This document shows, piece by piece, positions 1 to 8,378 of a DNA stretch of 41,613 nucleotides. Numbering within the stretch: position 1 is the stretch's first letter; each line of letters begins with the position of its first letter. The position numbers were made by a program, and so were the translations under genes. Source of the stretch: a virus; the IMG/VR virus record IMGVR_UViG_3300036846_000521, positions 1 through 41,613 of that record. One strand, written 5' to 3'. A model generated the notes under the pieces. It was not told the DNA's origin and ran no database searches. It was given only the letters and a program-made list of their open reading frames with translations.

Positions 1-127
1 ACGCCGGTGATCTGCAGCGTGCGGCCGTTGAAGAGGATCTGGCACTTCGTGGTCAGCTGCGGGTGATACGGCATCGTGACCACGTGGGTCGCTTGCGCCA
101 GGACCGACGTGCTCATCGGCGCGAGCC
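1..127. repeat. Terminal overlap, left copy (identical to 41487..41613)
   Basis: Read base by base: acgccggtgatctgcagcgtgcgg...catcggcgcgagcc occurs at both ends. Confidence 0.97.
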
Positions 128-308
128 GCTCGAGGTTGTGCGCCGTCGCCGGCGCGACGCGCGCGAACACGAACGGCGGATCGAGGTTCGTCCACGGCTC
201 CTCGGTGTAGCTCCCATCTCCGTCGGGCACCACCGGATCGGTCGGTCGCTGCAGCTGTACGTAGTGCGGCCGCGCGCTGATGGACGTGGTCGGGGCAATG
301 ATCGCCAT
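1..308 (-). CDS. Head-closure / head-tail adaptor protein (SPP1 gp16 / HK97 gp9-like), 5' part; gene crosses the window origin
   Basis: Absent from the ORF track because it runs off the edge. The minus-strand ATG at 306-308 lies 3 nt after the TGA of 312..992. Hand translation: MAIIAPTTSISARPHYVQLQRPTDPVVPDGDGSYTEEPWTNLDPPFVFARVAPATAHNLERLAPMSTSVLAQATHVVTMPYHPQLTTKCQILFNGRTLQITGV... It continues at 41613..41426. The joined product is 122 aa with the typical ...F.G..L.I..V....E.EL.C.E ending. Confidence 0.8.
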   Translation of the reverse strand, partial: MAIIAPTTSISARPHYVQLQRPTDPVVPDGDGSYTEEPWTNLDPPFVFARVAPATAHNLERLAPMSTSVLAQATHVVTMPYHPQLTTKCQILFNGRTLQITG

Positions 309-311
309 CGG

Positions 312-992
312 TCAGACTACCGTGATCGGCATATACGGCGCCAGGATGTCGCAGTAGCCCTGCGGGATCTCGGTCGCGACGTTGATCGACGCCAGGTCGC
401 GCCCGAGGGTCGCGTAGTGTGCGACCAGGAGGCCGACGGCCTGGAGCAGCAGCGGCGCGGCGGTTGCCAGCGTCTCGGGATCCGGCCAGCCGGCGTCGAG
501 CGTGATAGCCCACGGCTGAAACGTGCGCAGGTTCGATGGCCACGAGCTCGTCGGGGTATTGAGCGCGATGCGGCCGCTCGCATAGTCGACGATGTAGGTC
601 GCCGGATTGATCGTCATCGTCTGCCCGAGGTTGTTGATCGCGTCGATGCCGACGATGTCCTGCAGCGGCATCGAGCCGGCCGGCAACGTCAGTACGTTTG
701 GCATCCAATCGAGATAGACGATCCGCGTCTGTAGGAGGAGCGAGACGCCGGTATCGCTTTCGACCTTCCCGCGCGCCGCGCGAATAAAACTCGTCATCAG
801 CGCGTCGCGCGGATCGCCCGCCGTCCAGGTCAGGTTGGCGCGGAGCTTCGCCTCGTCGAGCGTGAGCGGTTCCTCGGTGGGCGGCGCGTTGACGACCGAG
901 ACGGCGTGTAACGTCGTCGCCTGCTGGCTGCAGGCGTCGCGCCAGCACGGGTACCAATTCGACCAGCAGCCGCCCTCGAAGGTCACGCCCAT
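312..992 (-). CDS. Head-tail connector (gp6-like / phiE125 gp8-type)
   Basis: 226-aa ORF. The stretches PLTLDEAKLRANL, IVYLDW..LTLP, WPD and LLQAVGLLVAHYATLGRD fit the gp6-like connector pattern. It sits directly upstream of the head-closure gene. Confidence 0.7.
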   Translation of the reverse strand: MGVTFEGGCWSNWYPCWRDACSQQATTLHAVSVVNAPPTEEPLTLDEAKLRANLTWTAGDPRDALMTSFIRAARGKVESDTGVSLLLQTRIVYLDWMPNVLTLPAGSMPLQDIVGIDAINNLGQTMTINPATYIVDYASGRIALNTPTSSWPSNLRTFQPWAITLDAGWPDPETLATAAPLLLQAVGLLVAHYATLGRDLASINVATEIPQGYCDILAPYMPITVV

Positions 993-998
993 TGCGGT

Positions 999-1274
999 TT
1001 ACCGTTCCTTGTGCGCCTTGCGGCGATACGAGGCCGTCGAGAAGTGCCCCGGCGGCAGCGCTGGCGTCACCGGCTTGGCGAGCGGCGGCGGCGCCGCGGC
1101 GCCGGTCGGCGGCGGGTCGCTCAGACTGCCGACGAGCGGCGGCTCGATCACGCCGTCGCGCGCCGGCAGCTGCACGATCACGACGAGCGGGCCCGGCCCG
1201 AACGTCGGCGCGCAGCACGTCGTGTGCGGCGTGTCGTCGACCGGGCAGGGTCCGGGATCGCGGAGGATGAACAT
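999..1274 (-). CDS. Hypothetical Pro/Cys-rich protein (91 aa)
   Basis: Internal Met19 of ORF 999..1328, 4 nt after the TAA of 1279..1608. This frame shows strong GC3 bias. No family recognised. Confidence 0.6.
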   Translation of the reverse strand: MFILRDPGPCPVDDTPHTTCCAPTFGPGPLVVIVQLPARDGVIEPPLVGSLSDPPPTGAAAPPPLAKPVTPALPPGHFSTASYRRKAHKER

Positions 1275-1278
1275 GGGC

Positions 1279-1608
1279 TTACGCCGTGACGCTGAATGTC
1301 CGCGGGCGCGAGCTCGCCGCGCTGTCATGCACGGTCACGTCGACGTCGCCCGCGCCGACGCTGGACAAGTCCAGATCCGCGGTCAGGTGCGTGGCGTCGA
1401 CGCGCGTCGTCGCCTGGTCGACGCCGGCGAAGGCGATCACGGCGTCGGGCGCGAAATCATAGCCGTACGCGTGCAGTGTCGTCGGCGGCGGGCTTCCGCT
1501 CGGCGCCGTCGTCGGATCGATTGATCCGAGCTCCGGCGGTGACGCCACGGCGCGCCCGTTCGATTCGCCGGGCGCGTAGTCGTTGCCGCTGTCGGTATAC
1601 GTCGCCAT
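1279..1608 (-). CDS. Ig-like (IPT/TIG-type) domain protein, possible head decoration/auxiliary protein
   Basis: 109-aa ORF with a GGAGG upstream of the ATG. The C-terminal ~70 aa read like an Ig beta-sandwich (...AGDVDVTVHDSAASSRPRTFSVTA). It lies immediately downstream of the capsid gene. Confidence 0.6.
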   Translation of the reverse strand: MATYTDSGNDYAPGESNGRAVASPPELGSIDPTTAPSGSPPPTTLHAYGYDFAPDAVIAFAGVDQATTRVDATHLTADLDLSSVGAGDVDVTVHDSAASSRPRTFSVTA

Positions 1609-1627
1609 CGGGGTCCTCCGTCGTCCG

Positions 1628-1677
1628 AGAAAAACGGCGGCGGCCGCCGGCGCGGACCTTTCCCGCGGGCCGGCGGC
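1628..1677 (-). terminator. Terminator-like stem-loop plus T5 between capsid gene and next gene
   Basis: Minus strand reads GCCGCCGG-CC-CGCGG-GAAAGGT-CCGCG-CCGGCGGC, then CGCCGCCG and TTTTTCTC. An alternative 6-bp hairpin, CGGCGG-CCG-CCGCCG, abuts the T-run. Confidence 0.45.
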
Positions 1678-1692
1678 ACGTCGACGGATTGT

Positions 1693-2973
1693 CTACGTCA
1701 GAGCCGTCGTCGTCCCGAACGCCGCGGGGCGATAGACGCAGAGCGCTTCACGGCGCTCGCCGCGGATCGCCACCAGGTTCTTGATGAAGAAGTCCTGATG
1801 GCTGTTGCTCGCTTCGACGCGCACGCCGCCGCGATCGAAGACTTGCGCCTGCGTCCCGAAGGCGCCGGTCAGGGCTTTGCCCACGGGCATCGACGGGGTC
1901 ACGTCGACCGGGAGGCCCCAGAGGGTCGGCACCGGCAGCGGCGAGAACGGCCCGCCGGCGAGGTAGCGGCCGAGCGTGTCCTTGAGGAGCGCGACGGTCT
2001 GCCAGTTCGCCGGGTTCATGACGTGGCCGTCGGGCATCACGAACGAGGCGTTGAAGATCGCCATCATCGTTTTGAAGATGCCGTCGACGTTCGTGTCGGG
2101 CGCGGTGACGACGTTGCCTGGCGTGAGCCCAGGCCGGTTGAGCAGGCCGAGCATGTTCGGCGCGATGCCGCTCCCGTTGAGGAGTTGATCTTCCTCGGTG
2201 AGATCGAGGCCGAGCCGCAGGCGCGCATCGATGTAGCTGCCGATCTGCGAGACGTCCTCGAGCATTTCCTCGGTGACCGGCAGCCAGTGCGCGATCTTCA
2301 CGACGCTCTCGGTTTTCTGATTGAAGATCAGCGCCGACTCCGGCTTCGCCGCGCCTTCCGCGACGGCGGCCGCGGCGTTGGTGAACGTCGTTTCCACCAT
2401 GTAGACGATCTGGGGCGAGTCGGTCGTGCCCGACGCGAGCAGATCGCGGATGGTCAGCCGCTTGAAGAGCAGCGGCACGATGCCGGGGAGATACTGCGGG
2501 ATCAGCAGCTTGCCGCCCGAGGCCGGATCCTCGGTGAGGGTGGTCTGCCGCATTTCGTCGAGCTCGGCGACCGGGGAATTCCAGTTGCGCGTCCCGAGGT
2601 GCCGCTTCTCGAAGAAGTATTTCCCCGCGTCCGAGTCCACCCACTGCTTGCCGAGAGACTTGTAGGCGGCGCGCTTCGTCTCGCGCGCGTCGTCCTTCGT
2701 CATCCCCGTCGTGAGTTTCTCGATCTGCTGTCGCAGGGCTTCGTCGGTTTTCAGTTCGGCGAGTTGCGCCTTGATGCCGTTGGCCTCGTCGATGATCGCC
2801 TGGATGGCCCTGCGTTCGTCGGCCGTCATCAGCCGGCCTTTGATGACGTTGCCGTCCTTGTCTTTCTCCTCGTGCGCTTCGCACGTGCGCGCGGTCGACG
2901 CGAGCAGGGCGGCCGCCGCGTCGCGCTTCTTGCGGAAGTCGGCCTCGAGGACGTCGGTGTTCGTGACTCTCAT
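1693..2973 (-). CDS. Major capsid protein, HK97 fold, with N-terminal delta/scaffold-like coiled coil
   Basis: 426 aa. A coiled-coil N-terminal ~100 aa is followed by Phage_capsid-like stretches (LLIPQYLPGIVPLL, VAEGAAKPESAL, KIAHWLPVTEEMLEDV, LLNGSG). A GGAG RBS is present. Confidence 0.93.
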   Translation of the reverse strand: MRVTNTDVLEADFRKKRDAAAALLASTARTCEAHEEKDKDGNVIKGRLMTADERRAIQAIIDEANGIKAQLAELKTDEALRQQIEKLTTGMTKDDARETKRAAYKSLGKQWVDSDAGKYFFEKRHLGTRNWNSPVAELDEMRQTTLTEDPASGGKLLIPQYLPGIVPLLFKRLTIRDLLASGTTDSPQIVYMVETTFTNAAAAVAEGAAKPESALIFNQKTESVVKIAHWLPVTEEMLEDVSQIGSYIDARLRLGLDLTEEDQLLNGSGIAPNMLGLLNRPGLTPGNVVTAPDTNVDGIFKTMMAIFNASFVMPDGHVMNPANWQTVALLKDTLGRYLAGGPFSPLPVPTLWGLPVDVTPSMPVGKALTGAFGTQAQVFDRGGVRVEASNSHQDFFIKNLVAIRGERREALCVYRPAAFGTTTALT

Positions 2974-2988
2974 CGCAGTTACTCCGGG

Positions 2989-3963
2989 TCAGTCGAGTTG
3001 TAACTCGAGCGCTCGTCGCTCGAGCTCTACCTGGCGGCGCCGATCCTGGCCGGATCCCTCGGTGAGGGCCTGCGACGTGTCAGCGGTCGCTGGTATCGTG
3101 GCGGCGGCCCGACCATCGGCGTTCTCGCCGTCGGTGAGCCGCGCGAGGGTCTCGTCGAGGGTCGCGACGCGATCGATCATGCCGTTGGCTTTCGCGTCGG
3201 CCGCGCTGTAGACGTGCGCTTTCCACTCGTTGCGGACGCGATCCGCGGTCATGCCGGCGCCGCGGCCCTGCACGACGGTGTTCACGAACATGTCGTACGC
3301 CTGATTCACGGCCGCCAGGCGGCGCTCGAGCGCGCTCGCCGAGAGCGGGCCCGTCTCGTTGCCGTCGACCTTCCCTTCGCCGGCCGAGATGTACGTGCGC
3401 TTGATGCCGAATTGCTCGAGCGCGGCGCTCAGATCGTTGTGGATCGAATACGTGCCGATGCTCCCGACCTGCGCCGACGGCGCGGCGACGATCTCCGTGG
3501 CGGCGGCCGCCAGCTGGTAGGCGGCCGAGGCCATCGTGAACTGCGCTTGCGCGACGACCGGCTTGATGCGGCGCGCGGCCATGACTTCCCGCGCGAATTC
3601 GGTATTGCCCGCGACGGATCCGCCGGGTGAGTCGACGTCGAGAAGAATCGTCCGCACGCCTTTGTCGGCGACGGCGGCCTGCAGCCGCCGCGACAGTGAT
3701 TCGTACGTCGTGCCGCCCGACATTTCGCTGAACTGATTCATCCGCGGCGCGATCACGCCGTAGACCGGAATCACGGCGACGTTGCCGACCTTCGGCTGCG
3801 GCAGGTTCGCGCGGTCCTTGAGCGCGGCTTCGATCTCGGCGCGCGGGATCTCGTCGCCGGCGACGTGCCGCGCGAGGATCGTCGCCACGACCGTCAGCAT
3901 CTCCGGCGTCAGGTTCCACGGATGTTCGACGACGAACGCCAGCACGTGCGCATACGACTTCAT
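2989..3963 (-). CDS. Prohead protease, S49 (SppA/ClpP-fold) family
   Basis: 324 aa with VAVIPVYGVI, LLDVDSPGG and MASAAYQLA...VGSIGT motifs. ATGA overlap with the portal stop; located between portal and capsid genes. Confidence 0.88.
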   Translation of the reverse strand: MKSYAHVLAFVVEHPWNLTPEMLTVVATILARHVAGDEIPRAEIEAALKDRANLPQPKVGNVAVIPVYGVIAPRMNQFSEMSGGTTYESLSRRLQAAVADKGVRTILLDVDSPGGSVAGNTEFAREVMAARRIKPVVAQAQFTMASAAYQLAAAATEIVAAPSAQVGSIGTYSIHNDLSAALEQFGIKRTYISAGEGKVDGNETGPLSASALERRLAAVNQAYDMFVNTVVQGRGAGMTADRVRNEWKAHVYSAADAKANGMIDRVATLDETLARLTDGENADGRAAATIPATADTSQALTEGSGQDRRRQVELERRALELQLD

Positions 3964-5492
3964 GCGACGACCTCCTCGGTTTCGAGCGTGGTGAAGAGCT
4001 CGACGTTCGTGCGAATCGCGATCCGCGCCGCGGCGTCGGCGCCGACGAGCGGCGCCAGATCAGCGGTCAGTTCCCGGTTCCAGCGTTCGATCTCGGCGAA
4101 GAAGATCGAGGCGCGCTCGCGCGGCGGATGCTTCGCGAGCCGCACCAGTTGGCGCGCGCGCGTCGCGTCGATCGCCGTGGCGACGAGCGCGTTGCCGGCG
4201 TCGCCGGTATCCCCGGTCCCGGTGTCCTCGGGAATCGGATCGCCGGAGTCGGCCGGCGTCAGGCCCGGCACGCGGGCCGGGCCGCCTTGTTGCTGCGCCA
4301 GTTGATCAGCGGTCGGATCGTCGGTGATCTTCGGCAGGTTCAGGCGGCCGCGCGCCTCGTTGGCCGTCATGACCGGCCGGCCGACCAGGACGCGCAGCGC
4401 GGAGGCTTGCTCCTCGAAGCTCCCTTGGAGTTTCGCCGCGATGTTGAATTCGATATAGACGTTGTCTTGATCGTCGCATTCGATGAGCAGCTGCCGTTCA
4501 ATTTCCTGCGTCAGCATTTCGATCGTGGGCCCGAGCGAGTCCTGGTACAGCTGCTTGTGTTGCTCGCGAATGTTCGAGAAGGTCGCGTGATCGAGAATGC
4601 CGATCGACGGCTGCGGGACGTTGAATTCCGCGGCGGTGACTTCGCGACGCTGCTTGCCGCCCTGGATGTACTCCGAATCCTTCGGTGAAAACGCCGTCGG
4701 CTTGAACTGCATCCCGTCCTCGAGCACGGCGACGAGGCCCGAGTTGCCGGCGCCGCTGAAGCGTTGCTGCCACTGCTCGCGAAACGTTTGCTTCTGGCCT
4801 GGCGTCCACTTCGGTGCTTCCCGCGGGCGCTCGATCACGCCCTCGTGCCGCGACGCGTTCTGCCAGTAGTAATGGCGATGCGCCGTCGCGGCGGCTTCCT
4901 CGCACACGATCGGCTGCAGCGTGTCGAGATGCGAGAGGCCCATCAGCGGGTCGAGCGGGTTGTAGCCGCCGAAGTAGACGAGATCGCTCGGCGCGAATTC
5001 CTGTCGCTTCCCGGTCGCGGGATTCGTCCATAGGAACGCGCGCGGCAGCAGGCCGCCGATGATCCGCATTTGGTCGGGCGGCAGGCGCAGCAGCCCGATC
5101 GCGTTCTCATTCCACGTTTCGTTGAAATAGCGCAATTTGAGCCAGTACGCGTTTTTGTAGACGCCGAGATCGCCGAGCAGCGACTCGATCAGGCGGTACT
5201 GCGTCATCGCCGGGTTCGGGTTGGCGAGCCAGCGGGATAGCTGGTGATCGGTCAGCCGTACGCGGTCGTTGTCGTCGACGCGGCGGTAGACGTGAATCCC
5301 GAGTTGCGCGACGTTGCCGGAGAGAAAGTCGATCGGAATCCGGATGTTGGGTTGCGACGCGTAGGTCTGCGCGTACGCCTGACTCCACTGCGAATGCGTA
5401 TAGCCGGCCCGCGCGAAGATCGTGCTGTCGGTGGCGAACCGGAACGGCGGCGGCACGACGGCTTGGAGCTCGCCGCCGGATTGAATGATCAC
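3960..5492 (-). CDS. Portal protein (HK97-family type)
   Basis: 510-aa ORF in the canonical position upstream of protease and capsid. Sequence reads as HK97-type portal, with a Gly/Asp/Thr-rich region near the C-terminus. Confidence 0.88.
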   Translation of the reverse strand: MIIQSGGELQAVVPPPFRFATDSTIFARAGYTHSQWSQAYAQTYASQPNIRIPIDFLSGNVAQLGIHVYRRVDDNDRVRLTDHQLSRWLANPNPAMTQYRLIESLLGDLGVYKNAYWLKLRYFNETWNENAIGLLRLPPDQMRIIGGLLPRAFLWTNPATGKRQEFAPSDLVYFGGYNPLDPLMGLSHLDTLQPIVCEEAAATAHRHYYWQNASRHEGVIERPREAPKWTPGQKQTFREQWQQRFSGAGNSGLVAVLEDGMQFKPTAFSPKDSEYIQGGKQRREVTAAEFNVPQPSIGILDHATFSNIREQHKQLYQDSLGPTIEMLTQEIERQLLIECDDQDNVYIEFNIAAKLQGSFEEQASALRVLVGRPVMTANEARGRLNLPKITDDPTADQLAQQQGGPARVPGLTPADSGDPIPEDTGTGDTGDAGNALVATAIDATRARQLVRLAKHPPRERASIFFAEIERWNRELTADLAPLVGADAAARIAIRTNVELFTTLETEEVVA

Positions 5493-5752
5493 GGCGCGAG
5501 CACCTGGAAGTAGGCGACCTTCGACACGTGAATCACGACGTCGCCGTCGATCGGCGTCGGCGCCTGGCCGGCCGTGAGGCCGTGCGGTTGCTTGAGCGTG
5601 ATCCAGCCGCCGCGCGTCGACCAGAGCACGCCCTGGAGCGCTTCCTGCGGGTTATAGGTCACGTTGAGAATGACTCGTTGCCGTTCGCACGGCGGCCGCC
5701 AGAAAAACAACCAGGACCACATCGGTTGAGGTCGATCGGCCGAATCGTGCAC
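5489..5752 (-). CDS. Hypothetical protein (start GTG 5752 or ATG 5722)
   Basis: 87-aa ORF with a 4-nt overlap onto the portal start. Beta-rich sequence with good GC3 bias. Confidence 0.6.
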   Translation of the reverse strand: MHDSADRPQPMWSWLFFWRPPCERQRVILNVTYNPQEALQGVLWSTRGGWITLKQPHGLTAGQAPTPIDGDVVIHVSKVAYFQVLAP

Positions 5753-5819
5753 GCGGGCAGGCCGGGATGTCGAGTTTGTATTTCAAAACCCGCGGGCGCA
5801 TAGTGATCCGAGCTCACCC

Positions 5820-6020
5820 ATGCCGGAGTCGCGACGCCCGCCGGGCCGCCCGCCGCTACAGCGCGGCGAAGTGTCCGTGAACGTGTGCGTGCGCCTGCCG
5901 GCGTCGCAATTCGACGCGCTCGATCGGCGGGCGCGGCTCGAGCACGCGAACGTGCCGGAGCTCATTCGCCGGCGCCTGGCGGCCGGCGACGACGACGACG
6001 GCGAGGAGGACGACGAATGA
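5820..6020 (+). CDS. Ribbon-helix-helix (CopG/Arc/MetJ-type) DNA-binding protein with acidic tail
   Basis: 66 aa. VNVCVRLPASQFDALDRRARLEHANVPELIRRRL reads as strand-helix-helix. The C-terminus is DDDDGEEDDE. It is the first gene of an island antisense to the late operon. Confidence 0.7.
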   Translation: MPESRRPPGRPPLQRGEVSVNVCVRLPASQFDALDRRARLEHANVPELIRRRLAAGDDDDGEEDDE

Positions 6021-6157
6021 GACCGACGCTCCGCTTGTTCGTGCTGATGCTCGCCGCGGTGCTATTCCTCGTCGCGGCCTATCTCTCGACGTCGGTCGCC
6101 GAGAAACTCACGCGCGCCGGCTTCGCGCTGCTCGTGCTCGCCTGGCTGTTACCCTAA
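6017..6157 (+). CDS. Small hydrophobic membrane peptide (46 aa, two predicted TM segments)
   Basis: Internal Met45 of ORF 5885..6157, with an ATGA overlap onto the RHH gene stop. Sequence: MRPTLRLFVLMLAAVLFLVAAYLSTSVAEKLTRAGFALLVLAWLLP. Confidence 0.6.
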   Translation: MRPTLRLFVLMLAAVLFLVAAYLSTSVAEKLTRAGFALLVLAWLLP

Positions 6158-6183
6158 GCGTTCCACGTGAAACGCGCGCGCCG

Positions 6184-6426
6184 ATGCTGACGGGTCGCTT
6201 GCCGAAACCGGATGGACGGTTGTCGGAGACCGTGCGGCGAGCCGTGCGCATCTACGGCCGGCTGTACGGCGTGCCGCTGTCGTCGGCCGCGTTCCGCCGG
6301 ATGTCGACGCCGCAGGTGCGCCGCCGGCGTCGCCTGGCGGCGCTTCTAAACCTCGAGCTCGAGGCGATGACGCGGCGCGAGCTCGCGAACTACTACGCGG
6401 CGATCGCCGAGCTCCGTCGTGTGTGA
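6184..6426 (+). CDS. Hypothetical protein (80 aa)
   Basis: ATG-initiated ORF, helical and basic. Same strand as the island and overlaps the next gene by 8 nt. Confidence 0.55.
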   Translation: MLTGRLPKPDGRLSETVRRAVRIYGRLYGVPLSSAAFRRMSTPQVRRRRRLAALLNLELEAMTRRELANYYAAIAELRRV

Positions 6427-6724
6427 GCGCATCGCGTTGCCAGGCGGCGGGGTCGCGATCGTGTGCGGCGGCCATCGGCGCCGGCGGCCGCGCTGCGCGT
6501 GCGGCGCTCCGGCGACGCTCGAATGCGATGGGCAGGGCCCGCCGGCGCTCGAGCGGCGCGGCGCCGTCGTCGCCAAGCGCCGGCGCTCGTGCGACCAGCC
6601 GCTCTGCTCGCGCTGCGCCATCCACGTGCCGCCCGATCAGGACTACTGCCGCCGGCCCGCCTGCCGTGCCGCGGCCGCGGCCGCCGGTGCGCAACTGCGG
6701 CTATTCACCACTACGCGACGATGA
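6419..6724 (+). CDS. Cys-rich putative zinc-binding protein (101 aa)
   Basis: Multiple Cys pairs (VCGG..RCACG..LECDG..SCDQPLCSRCAIH..DYCRRPAC). Its 3' end converges on and overlaps the terL 3' end by 14 nt. Confidence 0.55.
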   Translation: MCERIALPGGGVAIVCGGHRRRRPRCACGAPATLECDGQGPPALERRGAVVAKRRRSCDQPLCSRCAIHVPPDQDYCRRPACRAAAAAAGAQLRLFTTTRR

Positions 6725-8378
6725 GATCGGGATCGTCGGCGACGTCGGGGGTATCGAGCGCGGCGAGCTTGCGCGCGATCAGCGTCGCGATCACCGGGTC
6801 GATGCGGCCGCGGCTGCGTTTCTTCGTCGGATAGATGTTGTCCTTGTTGTCCGTCTGCACGCGCACGTTGCTGACGGCCCAGGTCACGACCGGGTTGTCG
6901 CCGGCGTCGACGAGGCCGTCGAGCACGTCGGCCTCGAATTCTTTTGCCGGGCCGCTCATTTGCGCCATCGTTTGCGGGACCTCGAGGACCTCGAGGCCGT
7001 CGTCGGCGAGGTCCTTCACCAAGTTGCCGGCGTTCCACGGATCGATCCCGACCTGCCGCACGGTGAACCGTTCCCGCGCCTCAGTGACGATCGCGCGGAC
7101 GACGTCCTGGTCGATCCGGTTGCCGGGGTTCGTCCGCAGCACGCCGAGCGTTTTCCAGAGCCGATACGGCGCGCGGTCCCGGTGCGCGCGATCGTCGAGC
7201 GTATCCTCCGGCGTCAGGCACCAGCAGACGATCCGCCAGCGGCTCGAGGCCGGCGGCGCCGGCGGGAAGAGCGCCGTGACCGCGGTCAGGTCGATCTTCG
7301 AGCTCATATCGATGCCGAGGTAGCACTCGAGGCCGGCCAGGTCCTCGAGCGGCCAGATCGATTGCCCGCGGCGCCATCCCTCAATCGACAACCACGGCGC
7401 GATCGCGTTGACCCAGAGGTTCAGCCGTTTCTGCTTGAACGCGGCGGCCGCCGCCGGCATGAAGCGCGCCTTGTGCGCGAGCGCCTTGAGATCGTCAGGC
7501 TTCACCGACACGCCGTAATTCGGGTTCGCCTTTTTCCAGGTCTTGACGACGAACGGCGGATCGTCGTCGTCGGCGTGCGCGATGAACGCGAAGAAGGTTT
7601 CATCGGTGAGCACGCGCTCGAGCACCTGGCAGGCGTAGTGATGTTGATCGCCGCACGGCGTCAACGGGTCCGAGCCGGCCGTGGTGATCCAGAGCACGAC
7701 CGGCTGTCGCCGCGCGCCGGTCGCCGTCTCCATGACGTCGATCATCCCGCGATGCTTCATCGCGTGCGCCTCGTCGATGATCACGATCTGCGGGTTGAGG
7801 CCGTCGGTCGAATCGGAGTCCGCGCCGAGCGGCTCGAGCTTCGCGGCGACGCGCTCGTAATGGAGGTTCGCCATCAGCACGGTGATCCGCGAGCGCAGGC
7901 CACTGCTCTGCACGAGCCGTTTGCAATCGGCGAACACGATCTTCGCCTGCGCACGTTTCGTCGCGATCACGAACCCTTCGGCGCCGGGTTCCCCGTCGAA
8001 GAAGGTCGCGTAGAGCGCCACGATCGCGGCCTCGAGCGACTTGCCGTTCTTGCGCGGGATCTCCCAGTAGATCGTGCGGAAACGCCGGAGGCCCGTCTCG
8101 ACCTGCGTCCAGGCGAAGAGCGATCCGAGCCGGAAGCGCTGATGCGGCTGCAACGTGATCCGTTGTCCGGCCCATTCCCCCTTGTAGTGTTTCAGCTGTT
8201 CGGCGAATCGGAAGAACCGCTCGGCGCGCGCGAGCTCGAACCGATACGGGAAGCCTTTCGTCCCTTCCCGCGCGCGGTCGCGCAGATGGCGCGCGCAGGC
8301 CAGCCGGTGATACTTGCCGGCCGGGATGCGGCCGCTCGCGACGCCGCGTGCGTAGCGATCGATTTCGTTGACGGTCAT
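6711..8378 (-). CDS. terL: Terminase large subunit
   Basis: 555 aa. Walker A-like IPRKNGKS, Walker B-like VIIDEAHAM and a C-terminal nuclease-like half. ATGA overlap with terS. Confidence 0.95.
   Translation of the reverse strand: MTVNEIDRYARGVASGRIPAGKYHRLACARHLRDRAREGTKGFPYRFELARAERFFRFAEQLKHYKGEWAGQRITLQPHQRFRLGSLFAWTQVETGLRRFRTIYWEIPRKNGKSLEAAIVALYATFFDGEPGAEGFVIATKRAQAKIVFADCKRLVQSSGLRSRITVLMANLHYERVAAKLEPLGADSDSTDGLNPQIVIIDEAHAMKHRGMIDVMETATGARRQPVVLWITTAGSDPLTPCGDQHHYACQVLERVLTDETFFAFIAHADDDDPPFVVKTWKKANPNYGVSVKPDDLKALAHKARFMPAAAAAFKQKRLNLWVNAIAPWLSIEGWRRGQSIWPLEDLAGLECYLGIDMSSKIDLTAVTALFPPAPPASSRWRIVCWCLTPEDTLDDRAHRDRAPYRLWKTLGVLRTNPGNRIDQDVVRAIVTEARERFTVRQVGIDPWNAGNLVKDLADDGLEVLEVPQTMAQMSGPAKEFEADVLDGLVDAGDNPVVTWAVSNVRVQTDNKDNIYPTKKRSRGRIDPVIATLIARKLAALDTPDVADDPDLIVA

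Noticed and set aside
1-127. The terminal 127-bp repeat as a genuine packaged direct terminal repeat.
   Set aside because: Its length equals the usual maximum assembler k-mer. It falls in the middle of a conserved neck gene rather than in non-coding DNA. The HNH-plus-terminase arrangement suggests cos ends elsewhere.
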